Notes: generated from the sequence alone by a model not told the origin. A stretch of 64,000 nt of DNA from Patescibacteria group bacterium (GCA_028688055.1 JAQTYZ010000002.1:68256-132255); one strand, 5' to 3'. Positions 19,301 through 29,028 are shown, counted from the first letter of the stretch. Made by a program: numbers and translations.

Positions 19301-19875
19301 CTGAATTAAGTGCCTATCCAACCGGGGCTGAAGTAAGTTATCCGGTCGGGACGCTATTTAAAGGGGCTAATAGTTCGGCGGTATTTATGGTTGTTGATGG
19401 TAAGCGTCAGGTTTTTTTCAATGCTAAATATTTTTTAGCTAACCATTATTCATGGTCAAATATTATTTCGATACCTCAAGCCGACCTTGACGTAATCAAT
19501 TTGGCCGGCAACGTTAAATATCCCGATGGTACTTTAATCAAAAGTGAAGGTGCTAATATTTATTTGCTTGACGGCGGGGTAGCCAGAAAGATTGCATCCG
19601 AAACAGTTTTTAATGATTTAGGTTTGGACTGGTTAAACTTGATTGTTGTTTCGCCCCTCGAACTTTCTTTCTATATGCAAGGTTACGATATTAATTCCGC
19701 GAGTGAGGTGTCAGTTTTGTTGATCAATAGTTTAGACTCAGATCAAGATCACGTTTACGACTATTTGGAAAGAATATATGGCACCAATGTCAACAGTGCT
19801 GATACTGACCACGATGGGTACAATGATTACCTGGAAATTTTAACTGGCCATAATCCTTTGTCACCCCCAAAATAA
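16396..19875 (+). CDS. Large surface protein: PKD domain, beta-helix, Cys-rich repeats, Ca-binding C-terminus
   Basis: YNWNFGD/PGNYRVTLTV PKD; GDSVLFKRG; DIGAYE; two CxExWSCxxWxxC repeats; DSDQD/DTDHDG motifs. Confidence 0.8.
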   Translation: MADRKKINWRGPRVKVVGVLLFGSVMLVGGVLVFRLVINHGRVLGEYTVATTDNPLVATITVDESAWFTNVTSWRPDGFSVTKGYAPFPVFFQGWESTPRAELVDYNWNFGDPGAIGKNLNILTGFNSAHVFEQPGNYRVTLTVKNRQGQTAQATIDVEVLERPSTGKYYVDSINGRDTYTGKCQTYSVTDNCGPWQTAEKAFANVYVHPTGGDSSFYQYGDSVLFKRGGTYPIMTGTTTEIWIQGVLFGAYGEGAKPIIQYNGSTDSVNGAAGRVITGKAGSHDVYFQDLNFEFKNPTVSARLTGLISVADQSRGFLFLRVDAEDPRASLFRFGGPSSAAMANEAIVTGVYVIDSSVKLNYYGQDSVNDPNFGGSDMFFGYMRNMAWIGNTFDKSDGHIAYLSHLNKAVIINNVFSRPAFSRNALRIDGSLVNNKGTNNVYVADNYFLGWRDPIDSTRSDAGGAIHNGGGTRYNLELIHLGPNSGLTDQSISDVVFERNIVTNYESVMSIADADNIIIRNNLFITPNQQAVSPGSLVIGNRDWEKRPNNNITIVGNTFAIQSKSPSGALPSAAFYINPYNTSRGTTIGITQHTNIKILNNLVYRPQASSPVIAAFNYNPPATLKSQLHFDGNLYYAQTATDDKMFAYFNWSGNTVVSTTYYTFSEWQTLKDANGVGYNYDPSSQASSSLAFASLLFNSLPVFYSNNPGYPFTLDDNISQADSYKEMFKLINNATNPAIDNGVDLNNYLPSNYLPYDFSGNERPDGSLLNGTNYDIGAYEIYKNSVPKPAPCVEHWSCSAWLTCSSSSSQTRTCTDANHCGTTVTKPLESQSCVPAPSACVESWSCTSWSACAANNTQSRLCADANNCSTTNDKPSISQSCGNTSTPNASAGSGGAPPPTVTLTPSPTTETENSTTPTAPLLSGSLVKTANSPKLYLIGADRKIRYIPTYGIFLANRFLSKHIEVLSDSELSAYPTGAEVSYPVGTLFKGANSSAVFMVVDGKRQVFFNAKYFLANHYSWSNIISIPQADLDVINLAGNVKYPDGTLIKSEGANIYLLDGGVARKIASETVFNDLGLDWLNLIVVSPLELSFYMQGYDINSASEVSVLLINSLDSDQDHVYDYLERIYGTNVNSADTDHDGYNDYLEILTGHNPLSPPK

Positions 19876-19905
19876 GTTGACAAAAAGTTTTTGTTGTGCT
19901 ATACT
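19876..19905 (+). promoter_or_regulatory. Sigma70 promoter, copy 2 of a 30-bp direct repeat
   Basis: Identical to 16170..16199; starts immediately after the TAA. Confidence 0.85.
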
Positions 19906-19980
19906 GTATTTATAAGAGGTCGCAAGACTCTCTTTTTGTAACCCAAGCGGTTGCCACTCAAAAACCAAAATAAAAATTAT

Positions 19981-20262
19981 ATGTCACGCCCCCAACCAGT
20001 TCACGAAATGTTATCGTTATTCGGCTTTAATGCTCAGGCCAATGCCCTGAGTCAAAAAATAGCCAAATATCGTTTGGCTATAAGTTTGCTCAGTGCTTTT
20101 TTTATTGTTTTGGCGGTTGCTTTCTTAATGAATATTTCGGAAAATGTTATCAAGGCTAAAGCCGTTGTTCCGTCAGCTACCATTGAAGAGCGAGCGGCTT
20201 TTATTCCCGGCCATTTTATTAGTGACAAAATCAGTTTGGGTTATTTGGGTAGCTATCGCTAA
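19981..20262 (+). CDS. Small single-TM hypothetical protein
   Basis: ORF with one hydrophobic helix downstream of a strong promoter. Confidence 0.6.
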   Translation: MSRPQPVHEMLSLFGFNAQANALSQKIAKYRLAISLLSAFFIVLAVAFLMNISENVIKAKAVVPSATIEERAAFIPGHFISDKISLGYLGSYR

Positions 20263-20407
20263 TCCTTTTTTAATATTTATTGCCAGCCGGCCGCTGGTTT
20301 GACGGCCCCATAATCATTGGCAACAAAATTTTTGTTCTTTTCGTCGACAACTAAAACAAAAACAAAAATATATGGCTTGGCCATATATTTTTTTTATTTA
20401 AATAAAA

Positions 20408-20989
20408 TTAAATACTGCCTTTTTCGTCGTTAATCGTATCCGCCACCATCAGCTGATGGGCGCGCTTGCTATCCTCAACTAGTTTAGTGATTTTTCGCGC
20501 CACTTCGTTTGGGTTGGGGACTTGCTTAAAAGTAAAGCGCTCTTGCTCGGCCGCCGTTTGAATGTACACCGTACCGTAGTTAATTAAAGTTGGGAAGATG
20601 CCTTTTACCTCCGACGTGATATCTTGGACGCGATATAATTCTTGTTCCGAGATAACGCGATCAAATAAACCAGCTTGTTCAATATTGACAATTCGATGGG
20701 TGGTAATAATCCAAACATCTAAATAATAATCAACGTAGCTGTAAAAAATTAGCACCCAAACAAATAAGTAATAAATACTTAAGGCTAAAAGAATGATTGG
20801 CCAGATAATGGTGCTGGTAAAAAAATCGCCCAAGATATCGCCGTTGACTAAAAAACCATAAAAAACCGGCGGCAGTAAGGCCACCATTAGCCAGAAAATA
20901 ATTTTTAAAAAAATTGTAAAAGGGTGGCGACGCAATAATAAAATAATCGTCTCGTTGTCTTTTTTATGTGGTAGGAAAAATTTTAACAT
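20408..20989 (-). CDS. Membrane protein with bacterial PH domain
   Basis: WIITTHRIV, RVQDITSEVKG, NYGTVYIQTA. Confidence 0.85.
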   Translation of the reverse strand: MLKFFLPHKKDNETIILLLRRHPFTIFLKIIFWLMVALLPPVFYGFLVNGDILGDFFTSTIIWPIILLALSIYYLFVWVLIFYSYVDYYLDVWIITTHRIVNIEQAGLFDRVISEQELYRVQDITSEVKGIFPTLINYGTVYIQTAAEQERFTFKQVPNPNEVARKITKLVEDSKRAHQLMVADTINDEKGSI

Positions 20990-20990
20990 T

Positions 20991-21233
20991 TTATTTGAAA
21001 GTAAACTGAGGTTGGATATCAATGATCTGCTTCCAGTCGACTTGGCTGATGTAGTACCAAGAAATGGCGAGGATAATAATTGATACTAAAATATAAAAGA
21101 TCGCCAAGGCGCTGCTAAAAATTGTCGGGAGGCCAAAGCGAATAATGTGATAAAGATTAAAGAAACTAAAAAGAAGAAAAGCTAAGACAAAAAATAAGTA
21201 GATATAATAAAATAATGCCAATGGGATATACAT
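20991..21233 (-). CDS. Small two-TM membrane protein
   Basis: Hydrophobic ORF co-oriented with ruvB. Confidence 0.7.
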   Translation of the reverse strand: MYIPLALFYYIYLFFVLAFLLFSFFNLYHIIRFGLPTIFSSALAIFYILVSIIILAISWYYISQVDWKQIIDIQPQFTFK

Positions 21234-21240
21234 CTTTATA

Positions 21241-22269
21241 TTATAGCAATTTATTGGCCTGATCGGTACTGCTAAGCTTTAGGTGCTCGTAAGCCGCTTC
21301 CGTGGCCATGCGACCTTTTGGTGTTCTTTTTAACATACCAATTTGGAGGAGGAATGGTTCGTAAACATCTTCAATCGTGGCCATTTCTTCGCCAGTCGCC
21401 GCGGCAATGGTATTGAGGCCAACAGGTCCGCCTTTAAATTTGGTAATAATCAACTCCAAAATTTTTCGATCAATTTCATCAAGTCCGAATTCATCGATAT
21501 CCAGCATCGTTAAGGCTTCGTTGGTAATGTCGTCGTTGATTTTGCCATCACCTTTAACTTGGGCAAAATCCCTGACTCGTTTTAAAATGCGGTTCGCGAT
21601 GCGTGGTGTTTTGCGTGATCGTGACGCAATTTTTTCGGTTGCTTCCGGCACAATGTTAACGTCTAAAATTTCAGCGGACCGTTTAACAATTTTGCCAATC
21701 TCATCATTTTCATAAAAGTTTAAGTGATAAATATTGCCGAAACGATCGCGTAATGGTGATGACAACATACTGACTTTGGTGGTGGCGCCGACAATGGTAA
21801 AGCGCGGCAAGTCGAGTCGTAATGTTCGGGCGGACGGACCTTTGCCAATGACAATGTCTAACGCGTATTCTTCCATGGCCGGGTAAAGGATTTCTTCAAT
21901 GACTTTATTTAAGCGATGAATTTCGTCAATAAATAAAATATCGCCAGCTTCGAGATTGGTTAGAATGGCGGCCAAGTCGCCCGATCGCTCAAGCGCGGGG
22001 CCGGAAGTCACTCGAATATTAACGCCCATTTCTTCGGCAATAATGTGGGCCAAAGTTGTTTTACCTAAGCCTGGTGGCCCGTAAAGTAAAACATGCTCAA
22101 TCGGCTCTTGCCGCTGTTTGGCGGCGGCCATAAAAATGGTGAGGTTGTCTTTAATTTTTTGTTGGCCGATAAATTCATCTAATTTTTTGGGCCGCAAAGA
22201 AACATCAAGGGTTTGTTCTTCCTTGGTTTCTTTGGGATCGATAATTCGATTGACTTCGGAGTCGATCAT
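21241..22269 (-). CDS. ruvB: Holliday junction helicase RuvB
   Basis: [38 protein letters not shown]. Confidence 0.98.
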   Translation of the reverse strand: MIDSEVNRIIDPKETKEEQTLDVSLRPKKLDEFIGQQKIKDNLTIFMAAAKQRQEPIEHVLLYGPPGLGKTTLAHIIAEEMGVNIRVTSGPALERSGDLAAILTNLEAGDILFIDEIHRLNKVIEEILYPAMEEYALDIVIGKGPSARTLRLDLPRFTIVGATTKVSMLSSPLRDRFGNIYHLNFYENDEIGKIVKRSAEILDVNIVPEATEKIASRSRKTPRIANRILKRVRDFAQVKGDGKINDDITNEALTMLDIDEFGLDEIDRKILELIITKFKGGPVGLNTIAAATGEEMATIEDVYEPFLLQIGMLKRTPKGRMATEAAYEHLKLSSTDQANKLL

Positions 22270-22339
22270 AGCAATCTTATCTTAGCGGTTTAAAGTTAAA
22301 AATTCAACTAAAATAAAAAAGAGTGTAACTCTCTTTTAA

Positions 22340-22425
22340 TGGTGCCCAGGGCGGGACTCGAACCCGCAAGGCATTACTGCCAAAGGATTTTAAGTCCTTC
22401 GTGTATACCATTCCACCACCTGGGC
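22340..22425 (-). tRNA. tRNA-Leu(TAA)
   Basis: GCCCAGG/CCTGGGC acceptor, AAGGA-CT-TAA-AA-TCCTT, CCA. Confidence 0.96.
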
Positions 22426-22471
22426 TCAACTTGTTTGGAAACGTTAATTATAATAAGATAGAATAACGTTT

Positions 22472-22933
22472 ATGTCAACAAAAAAATTTCCAATTTACTT
22501 GGTGGTTCAAAATGTTCGCAGTCTCTATAATGTCGGTTCAATTTTTCGTTGCGCCGATGTCTTTGGCGTTGATAAAATTTTTTTGTGCGGCTATACCGGT
22601 TTTCCGCCGCGGAAAGAAATTTCCAAAACTGCACTGGGGGCTGAGACTTGGATTCCTTGGGAACGGCAGTGGCAAACTCATCTCGTGGTTAAAAAGTTAA
22701 AGACTGCAGGCTTTAAAATTATCGCCCTCGAAACCGGGGAGCATAATGTTAGTTTGCCAAAATTCAAGCCCGCTGGACCAATTGCTTTGGTCGTTGGTAG
22801 TGAAGTCAATGGCATCAGTCGTTCAATTTTAGCGCTGGCTGACAAAAAAGTTGTTATTCCAATGCTGGGCAAAAAAGAATCGTTAAATGTGGCGGTGGCT
22901 ACCGGCATTGCTTTGTACGCGCTGCGTAATTAA
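22472..22933 (+). CDS. SpoU/TrmH family RNA methyltransferase
   Basis: NVGSIFR, GSEVNGI, IPMLGKKESLNVAVA. Confidence 0.92.
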   Translation: MSTKKFPIYLVVQNVRSLYNVGSIFRCADVFGVDKIFLCGYTGFPPRKEISKTALGAETWIPWERQWQTHLVVKKLKTAGFKIIALETGEHNVSLPKFKPAGPIALVVGSEVNGISRSILALADKKVVIPMLGKKESLNVAVATGIALYALRN

Positions 22934-22980
22934 GGCTTGCAATTATTTAAAATTTTGCTATAATCTCATTTGTAGTAAAT

Positions 22981-23261
22981 GCGGGTGTGGTTTCCGCCGA
23001 AGGCGGACTAGTCTCTGGCTGGCAGTTGCTGGAGTTTTCTGGTCGCCAACGCGTTCGTCCTGATAGTATTGTGATCACCCGTAATAAGTATTTCAAATTG
23101 ATATACCTTGTGTCCCCTGAGCGGGTGTGGTTCAGTGGTAGAACGCTTCCTTGCCAAGGAAGAGGTCGCCGGTTCGATCCCGGTCACCCGCTCAGGGGAC
23201 AGAATCTAGTCTCAGCCTAAAATAAGGGTCGTCCTGATAGTGTATCGTAATTACCGCTCCA
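22981..23261 (+). pseudogene. Decayed outer tRNA-Gly split around the inner tRNA and interrupted by REP hairpins
   Basis: Begins GCGGGTGTGGTT (identical to the inner tRNA start); 3' part GAAT..GCC..GGGTCG..ACCGCTCCA. Confidence 0.7.
23121..23192 (+). tRNA. tRNA-Gly(GCC), no encoded CCA, flanked by 10-bp inverted repeats
   Basis: GCGGGTG/CACCCGC, CTTCC-TT-GCC-AA-GGAAG, GTTCGATC; flanks TGTCCCCTGA/TCAGGGGACA. Confidence 0.95.
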
Positions 23262-23263
23262 TC

Positions 23264-23288
23264 AAATCTTCCATTGGGAAGATTTTTT
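23264..23288 (+). terminator. Intrinsic terminator
   Basis: AAATCTTCC...GGAAGATTT plus T tract. Confidence 0.75.
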
Positions 23289-23365
23289 GTTTATAAAAAA
23301 AACTGCACCGTTGCCAAAGCATTGGTGCAGAAGATAGACAAAACGCAAAGATCGGAAATGTCGAC

Positions 23366-24676
23366 TTAGAATTCGAAGTTGACGGTTTTCAGTCGCCGCA
23401 TCGCTTCGACAATGACGGATTCTTCGGTTGGCAATCCGCATTCCGGAACCGGCATTAAAGTTGTAGCCCAGCGCAGGTAAGGCTTTTCGTTAATGGTTTG
23501 AGCCATTACCGAAACTCTGAGAGTGTGGCGGAGCCATTCCGCACATTCCACAGAATTGCTGAAGGTAATACCGTTGACGCTTTTCGGCGCGGGCGTAATT
23601 TGGCACAGCCCAGCCTCCGGCATAGCGGCGCTAAAGCCACTTGCCTCCAGGCCTTCAAATAGGTTCTGGTGAAGTTGTTGGTAGCACTCGCGGGTGGCAT
23701 CGGCCCATTCGGGATGTTTCAGGCAAGCCAAGCCGGCAACAATGGTTGGACCAAAGGCTCCGGAGTGCTTGACATCCGAGACTTCTCGAATCGCCGCGAT
23801 AATGGTTGGATGACCCACCATCCAGCCGAAGCGTAGACCGGTTGCCGACCAGCCCTTACTGACCGACTGTAAGACGATGCAGCAATTTTCCCAACCTTCA
23901 ACTTCAAGTACACTGCAGGTCCGGTCGTTGTAACGAAGGTCAGTATAGGCCTCGTCGACGATTAGGGTGACTCCATAAATCTCCGCCCAAGCAATGATAT
24001 TTTGCCACTGCTCTTTGGAATAGCCGGCGCCAGTTGGATTGTGCGGGAAGTTAATGTAGGCAACCCGTTTACCTAACTTGGCCAAGAGAACTTTACCGAT
24101 GTGTCCAAGGTCTAGATCCCACAATCCGTCGCAGAGCACGAGTGGTTGGTTGCTGACCGTGGCCCCTCGAATATTCTTGGGGTTGGCAATTACACCGTAT
24201 CCGGGCGTGGGAAACACCACCTTGGTTCCTTCTTCGAATAGGAGAGTGGGAAGAATCTCAGCCAGGGCACCTTTGATTGCCTGAGGTGAATACTGTACCC
24301 AGTTCCGATCGAACCTGGTCTGCCCGTTGGCAAACCGTTTGTTCAACCAAGCGGCAATTAACGTGTGAGTGTCACAGAACACTCCCGCTTTTTCGCAGAC
24401 TCGTGCACCAGTGTTGTCGGTGTAGCATGTTGACCATGGAAAATGGCGATAGTATTGCATTCCAGCATTCATCGCCTCCTCTTCCATCTTTTGGCGTGGG
24501 TCAGCCACTGACATCGTGATCAGTGCTGAAGTTGGGTTGCCTGGTTGGTTTCCTCTGGCCAGTTCTTCTTCGGCCGCGATCATGGCGCTGAAAGCATAGC
24601 CGCCACCTCGTTTGTCAAATTCGAAGCCACCGCAGCAATCGCTTATCCGTTGTCTCCATAATCTGTCCGTATCCAT
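23366..24676 (-). CDS. PLP-dependent aminotransferase class I/II (LL-DAP aminotransferase-like)
   Basis: NFPHNPTG, DEAY, SVSKGWSATGLRFGW; GC-richer than flanks. Confidence 0.88.
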   Translation of the reverse strand: MDTDRLWRQRISDCCGGFEFDKRGGGYAFSAMIAAEEELARGNQPGNPTSALITMSVADPRQKMEEEAMNAGMQYYRHFPWSTCYTDNTGARVCEKAGVFCDTHTLIAAWLNKRFANGQTRFDRNWVQYSPQAIKGALAEILPTLLFEEGTKVVFPTPGYGVIANPKNIRGATVSNQPLVLCDGLWDLDLGHIGKVLLAKLGKRVAYINFPHNPTGAGYSKEQWQNIIAWAEIYGVTLIVDEAYTDLRYNDRTCSVLEVEGWENCCIVLQSVSKGWSATGLRFGWMVGHPTIIAAIREVSDVKHSGAFGPTIVAGLACLKHPEWADATRECYQQLHQNLFEGLEASGFSAAMPEAGLCQITPAPKSVNGITFSNSVECAEWLRHTLRVSVMAQTINEKPYLRWATTLMPVPECGLPTEESVIVEAMRRLKTVNFEF

Positions 24677-25020
24677 CTGCTACCTTTCTAGTAAACCACT
24701 GGTTTACTCGTCAAGACCGATTTCATTTTCGATCAACTGTTTCAGTGTCTGCCGTTATCCTTTCTTCCGCAGCTGTTATATTTGCTGGTGCTTGGTTAGA
24801 TTTTAGGGTACGAAAAAGGAGGCGATTGTGCCTCCTCCTTTGAGCTTATTAAAACAAATTATTTTTAAATAGTCAACGTGGTTAATATTCACTCCACTAA
24901 AATTTTTACCTCCAAATAAATCATTGTTAGCCTGAGCGTAAGCAAGTAGTTCAGAAAAGATTTTTAGGTATTAAAAAATAGCACTTTTAGCGAGGTGCAA
25001 ACTCGGAATGACTCGGACGA

Positions 25021-25263
25021 TTATTTGATGCTATCGTCACAAGCCGTGTTTTGGTGGTTTTGTCGTCCTGTCATACCGTTTCGGCGGTAGACGACCCGTG
25101 CCGTTGCCATCCAAATCGCCAAGACAAGCTCATACACCCCTGGCCAATATTTGTTCATGTCCAAGCCGTGGGCATAAACATCCCAGATGTCGGCAACGGA
25201 CACAAGAATCAATAAGATGACCAGGGCGACCATCAAGGTGCGGTACTCGTTTCTCGCCTTCAT
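25021..25263 (-). CDS. Small two-TM hypothetical protein
   Basis: SD AGGAG; two hydrophobic segments. Confidence 0.6.
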   Translation of the reverse strand: MKARNEYRTLMVALVILLILVSVADIWDVYAHGLDMNKYWPGVYELVLAIWMATARVVYRRNGMTGRQNHQNTACDDSIK

Positions 25264-25606
25264 TTATATGCTCCTGTTTGAGTACAATCTCACTTATCGA
25301 ATACTACAGCGCAGTCGTTAATGAGATTAATATACTATATCATATTGTTAACATAATGTCAATAGGTACGTAATGGATCAATAGCTTGGCAATACCTTTG
25401 GCAGAATACAAGCATTAGGCAGATAGCTTTTGAACTTGAAAAATCATTATCAACTATCTGTTGTGAACTGCAGCAACTTTTCTAGGCAAAGTATGGTTTA
25501 CTCACCGCGGTTAGCTCATGAACGGGCTTGCATAATAATTAAAAAATACCTCTCAATGCAGCCATAATTGGTACATTGATAATCAATTAACCAAACTGTC
25601 ATTTTA

Positions 25607-25706
25607 TGTCATTGCGAGCGAATGAGGTGAGCGAAGCAATCTTAGGGTTGTCGTAAATTTAAGGGATTGCTTCGTCTCCGCCAGCTGGCGGATCCTCGCA
25701 ATGACA
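25607..25706. repeat. Inverted pair of TGTCATTGCGAG-type REPs with nested TCCGCCAGCTGGCGGA hairpin
   Basis: TGTCATTGCGAG...GCAATC ... GATTGC...CTCGCAATGACA. Confidence 0.85.
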
Positions 25707-25844
25707 ACCGTAGACAGTGGTATTGAAAACGCCTAACGAAGCGCTGAAGATATTAACAAACTAAAACCGTCAAAAAAGTGTTTCTAAAACATAGACTGTT
25801 AGATATCAAAAAAGAAGCGCCAGGCTCCTTTTTTTGTTTAATTT

Positions 25845-26018
25845 CTACCGCTGTTCTCTGGAAAAATTAATTTCGCCTTCATTGGCCCAACTCGGTGGAA
25901 CAATCGGCTTTTGAAATTCAACATAGACCCAAGTCCAGCAGCCGATGGAGACCACGATTAAAATTATTATTTTAATCCAGTCAGCTTTAGTAATTACATC
26001 TTTTAATTTTATCGTCAT
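25845..26018 (-). CDS. Small single-TM protein, 57 aa
   Basis: Own translation MTIKLKDVITKADWIKIIILIVVSIGCWTWVYVEFQKP...; below ORF-track cutoff. Confidence 0.55.
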   Translation of the reverse strand: MTIKLKDVITKADWIKIIILIVVSIGCWTWVYVEFQKPIVPPSWANEGEINFSREQR

Positions 26019-26110
26019 AACCAAATTATAGCATACCGCCCCGCCGGTTGCCCAAAATTAAGCACTCAATTATAATGAATTTAATAAGTAGCTAAACGCT
26101 AGGATAACTA

Positions 26111-27556
26111 ATGGAAAACATTTTGACCCAGAATAAAAATTTAGCCGACGCCCTAAAAGATGAAGCGTCTTATCTGCTGGAACGCCAAAAGCATACGCGC
26201 TACACGATGCTGAGAAAATCCGGTCAGGTGGGACGAGTTTTAATCTCCGGCGCGGCTTTTATTATTACCGTTGACCAAAACGACAAATTAAAAGTTTTGG
26301 CCAATCATTCGGTTTATATTGTTAATGGCGTGATTAAAGAAGTTTTTCCCGCCAAGCAAAAGTTAATACCCGAAAGTAAAATTGATTTATTATACGACGC
26401 GGCCAAGCGCAGCGGCGTGGTGATTACGCCAGGATTTATTAATGCGCATACTCATCCGCCGATGTATTTATTGCGTTCATCAATGACGCTCGACAAAGGC
26501 AACGTCGTTGATCAGGTGGCAAAGATGGCACTGTTGGAAGCTAAAATGGATGAATTGGATTTTTTCTTGGGCGCGGTTGGCGATTTTACCGAAGAGCAAA
26601 AAAATGGTATCACCACCACTTTAAGCCATTATGGCGTTTTTGATCCGATTGAGCGCGCGGCCAAGATGACGAGACAAAATGTGATTAACGCCATTTCGGC
26701 CATCTCAAATTCTCATCCGAAAAATTCGCCGGCGCTGGTTGAAAAAATCTTGCAGCATAAAAAACAATATTTTTCGCAGCCGGCCATCGCGATTCATTAT
26801 ATCCATAAGGCCAGCCCCGAGCAGCTGCAGGAAATTAGACGGCTGACTAAAAAATATAAAGTTTTATTAACGATGCACGCCGCGGAAACCGAAAGCTGGG
26901 TGCAAGATTGTATTGAACGGTACGGCAAGCGCACGATTGAAGTTTTAGTTGATTTAGGTTTGGCTAATTCTAATACCGTGTTATCGCACGCCGTTCATGT
27001 TTCTGACGCCGAAATTAAATTAATTGCCAAGCATAAAATTGGCATTGTTCATTTGCCGACGTCCAATAAAATTCACCGCAGCGGCGAATTCAAATATCCG
27101 TTGTTTGTAAAATACAAGGCGGATAAATTAATTTCTCTTGGTACTGACAGTGTTATTTCTAAAAATACTTTGGATTTGTTGTCCGAAGCCCTACAAACTC
27201 GCATTATGCACCAGCATTCGCATCGAGTCTTATATGAAGATTTATTTAAAATGATGACTTCCCAAGGCGCTAGTGTTTTAAAGCTTGGCAAAGTTGGTCG
27301 CATTGCGCCGGGGTATCGCGCCGACATCGCGTTTTGGAAATTGCGCGACCGCGGCTTTATGCCGTACAACGAAGCCAAGCCGATTAGCTTGGTTGGCAAT
27401 ATGATTACACACGGCGGCCGCAACATCCGTGACTTGATGATTAAGGGTGAATTTGTTATTTCCAACCGCTTACACAATCGGGTTAATGAAAGTAAGTTAA
27501 TGACTGAATTGCAATCGGCCCATATGAGACTGCGAAAACGACTTGGCAATGATTAA
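26111..27556 (+). CDS. Amidohydrolase-family deaminase (guanine/MTA-SAH deaminase-like)
   Basis: PGFINAHTH, MHAAET, HAVH, LGTDS, GRIAPGYRAD. Confidence 0.88.
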   Translation: MENILTQNKNLADALKDEASYLLERQKHTRYTMLRKSGQVGRVLISGAAFIITVDQNDKLKVLANHSVYIVNGVIKEVFPAKQKLIPESKIDLLYDAAKRSGVVITPGFINAHTHPPMYLLRSSMTLDKGNVVDQVAKMALLEAKMDELDFFLGAVGDFTEEQKNGITTTLSHYGVFDPIERAAKMTRQNVINAISAISNSHPKNSPALVEKILQHKKQYFSQPAIAIHYIHKASPEQLQEIRRLTKKYKVLLTMHAAETESWVQDCIERYGKRTIEVLVDLGLANSNTVLSHAVHVSDAEIKLIAKHKIGIVHLPTSNKIHRSGEFKYPLFVKYKADKLISLGTDSVISKNTLDLLSEALQTRIMHQHSHRVLYEDLFKMMTSQGASVLKLGKVGRIAPGYRADIAFWKLRDRGFMPYNEAKPISLVGNMITHGGRNIRDLMIKGEFVISNRLHNRVNESKLMTELQSAHMRLRKRLGND

Positions 27557-27644
27557 TCTAGAAATAAAAAAGCCCCGCCAACTGGCGGGGCTTTGGTTAG
27601 GCGGTTTTTTGGTAGCTTATTTATCATCCTAAATTTATTAAAAT

Positions 27645-27790
27645 TGTCATCCTGAACTGGTTTCAGGATCTTGAGATTCCGGACCAAGCCCGGAATGACA
27701 CTTCCTAAGTTTGTCATCCTGAACTAGTTTCAGGATCTCTGGAGATGCCAAACCCACCGCCACGGCGGGGCAAGCAAGTTCGGCATGACA
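27645..27790. repeat. Cluster of four GTCAT-type REP hairpins in inverted pairs
   Basis: TGTCATCCTGAAC..TTCAGGATCT twice; GATTCCGG..CCGGAATGACA; nested CACCGCCACGGCGGGGCAAG. Confidence 0.85.
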
Positions 27791-27847
27791 CGGGAAACTT
27801 CGTCGGTCGCCAATTGACGTGTCGGGCAAATCTCATCAGTGTTTGCT

Positions 27848-28930
27848 CTAAACAAAATCACTTCCCTGATAATTTGCCGACTTTTGGATGTTTTGCAGGC
27901 TATGCGGATGACTTTCTTTCAAGCCAGCATTGGTAATTTTCACAAACTCGGCCTGGCGCCACAGCTCGGCGATATTCAAGCTGCCACAATAACCCAAGCC
28001 TTGTTTTAGTCCGCCGACGAGTTGACCGATAACATCAATTACCGCGCCCTTATAGGGGACGGTGCCAACCACGCCTTCGGCGACCACTTCTCGTTTTTGT
28101 TTGTCGCCCTGCAAATAGCGATCTTTTGAGCCTTGTTCCATCGCCGCCATTGAACCCATCCCACGGTAGGTTTTAAATTTTTCTCCTTTGACGGAAATAA
28201 CTTTTCCCGGTGCTTCGTCGGTACCGGCTAATAGACCGCCAATCATCACGGCCGTTGCTCCGGCGGCTAGTGCTTTGACAATGTCACCAGAATATTTAAT
28301 GCCACCGTCAGCGATAATTGGTGTTTTAGTTTTTTGAGCCGCCTTAACGGAATCCATAATGGCGGTTAACTGCGGCACGCCAATACCGGCAATCACGCGG
28401 GTAGTACAAATTGAACCGGGTCCAACGCCAACCTTAACAACATCGGCACCGGCCTTGATTAAGTCAGCTGTTGCTTGGCCAGTGGCGACATTGCCACCGA
28501 TAATAATGATATTTTTTGGTAAAATCTTTTTTAGTTGTCTGATTGTTTCGGCTACTTTATAATAATGACCGTGCGCCACATCAATGACAATTGCATCAAC
28601 TCCCGCCGCCGCTAAAATTTTTGCTCGTTCAATGGCTGTCTCACCAACCGCGACTGACGCACCGCAAAGTAAGTTGAGTTTTTTAACTTTTTTAACTTCC
28701 GCCGCCTGCTGTTCGGGTGTATTGTTTTTATGGATAATGCCAAGACCGCCGGCTTGAGCCAAAGCAATAGCCATCCGGCTTTCAGTAACGGTATCCATCG
28801 CGGCTGACAGAATCGGAATTTGCAAGTTAATATTTTTGCCAAGCGTCACCGCGGTGCTAACTTTACTCGGTGAAGCGGTGGATTTTTTGGGAACTAATAA
28901 AACGTCGTCAAAAGTTAAAGCTTCTTTCAT
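27848..28930 (-). CDS. guaB: IMP dehydrogenase lacking the CBS subdomain
   Basis: [36 protein letters not shown]; 360 aa. Confidence 0.95.
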   Translation of the reverse strand: MKEALTFDDVLLVPKKSTASPSKVSTAVTLGKNINLQIPILSAAMDTVTESRMAIALAQAGGLGIIHKNNTPEQQAAEVKKVKKLNLLCGASVAVGETAIERAKILAAAGVDAIVIDVAHGHYYKVAETIRQLKKILPKNIIIIGGNVATGQATADLIKAGADVVKVGVGPGSICTTRVIAGIGVPQLTAIMDSVKAAQKTKTPIIADGGIKYSGDIVKALAAGATAVMIGGLLAGTDEAPGKVISVKGEKFKTYRGMGSMAAMEQGSKDRYLQGDKQKREVVAEGVVGTVPYKGAVIDVIGQLVGGLKQGLGYCGSLNIAELWRQAEFVKITNAGLKESHPHSLQNIQKSANYQGSDFV

Positions 28931-28941
28931 ATTTTTTTTAG

Positions 28942-29028
28942 TGTCATCCTGAACTCGTTTGCTCCGCTCTGGTAGCGGTTTCAGGATCTTATTATTTTTA
29001 CTAGCTGCCGAAATAAAATCGGCATGAC
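28942..29028. repeat. GTCAT-type REP pair between guaB and guaA
   Basis: TGTCATCCTGAAC...TTCAGGATCT and TGCCGA..TCGGCATGAC. Confidence 0.8.

Noticed and set aside
23005-23241. Group I intron R-like CAGAGACTA and bulge-helix-bulge-like pairing around tRNA-Gly
   Set aside because: Present only antisense to the tRNA, too short for an intron core, and better explained by REP hairpins and decayed tRNA sequence
27647-27936. Short ORFs of 60-63 aa
   Set aside because: Consist largely of palindromic repeat sequence
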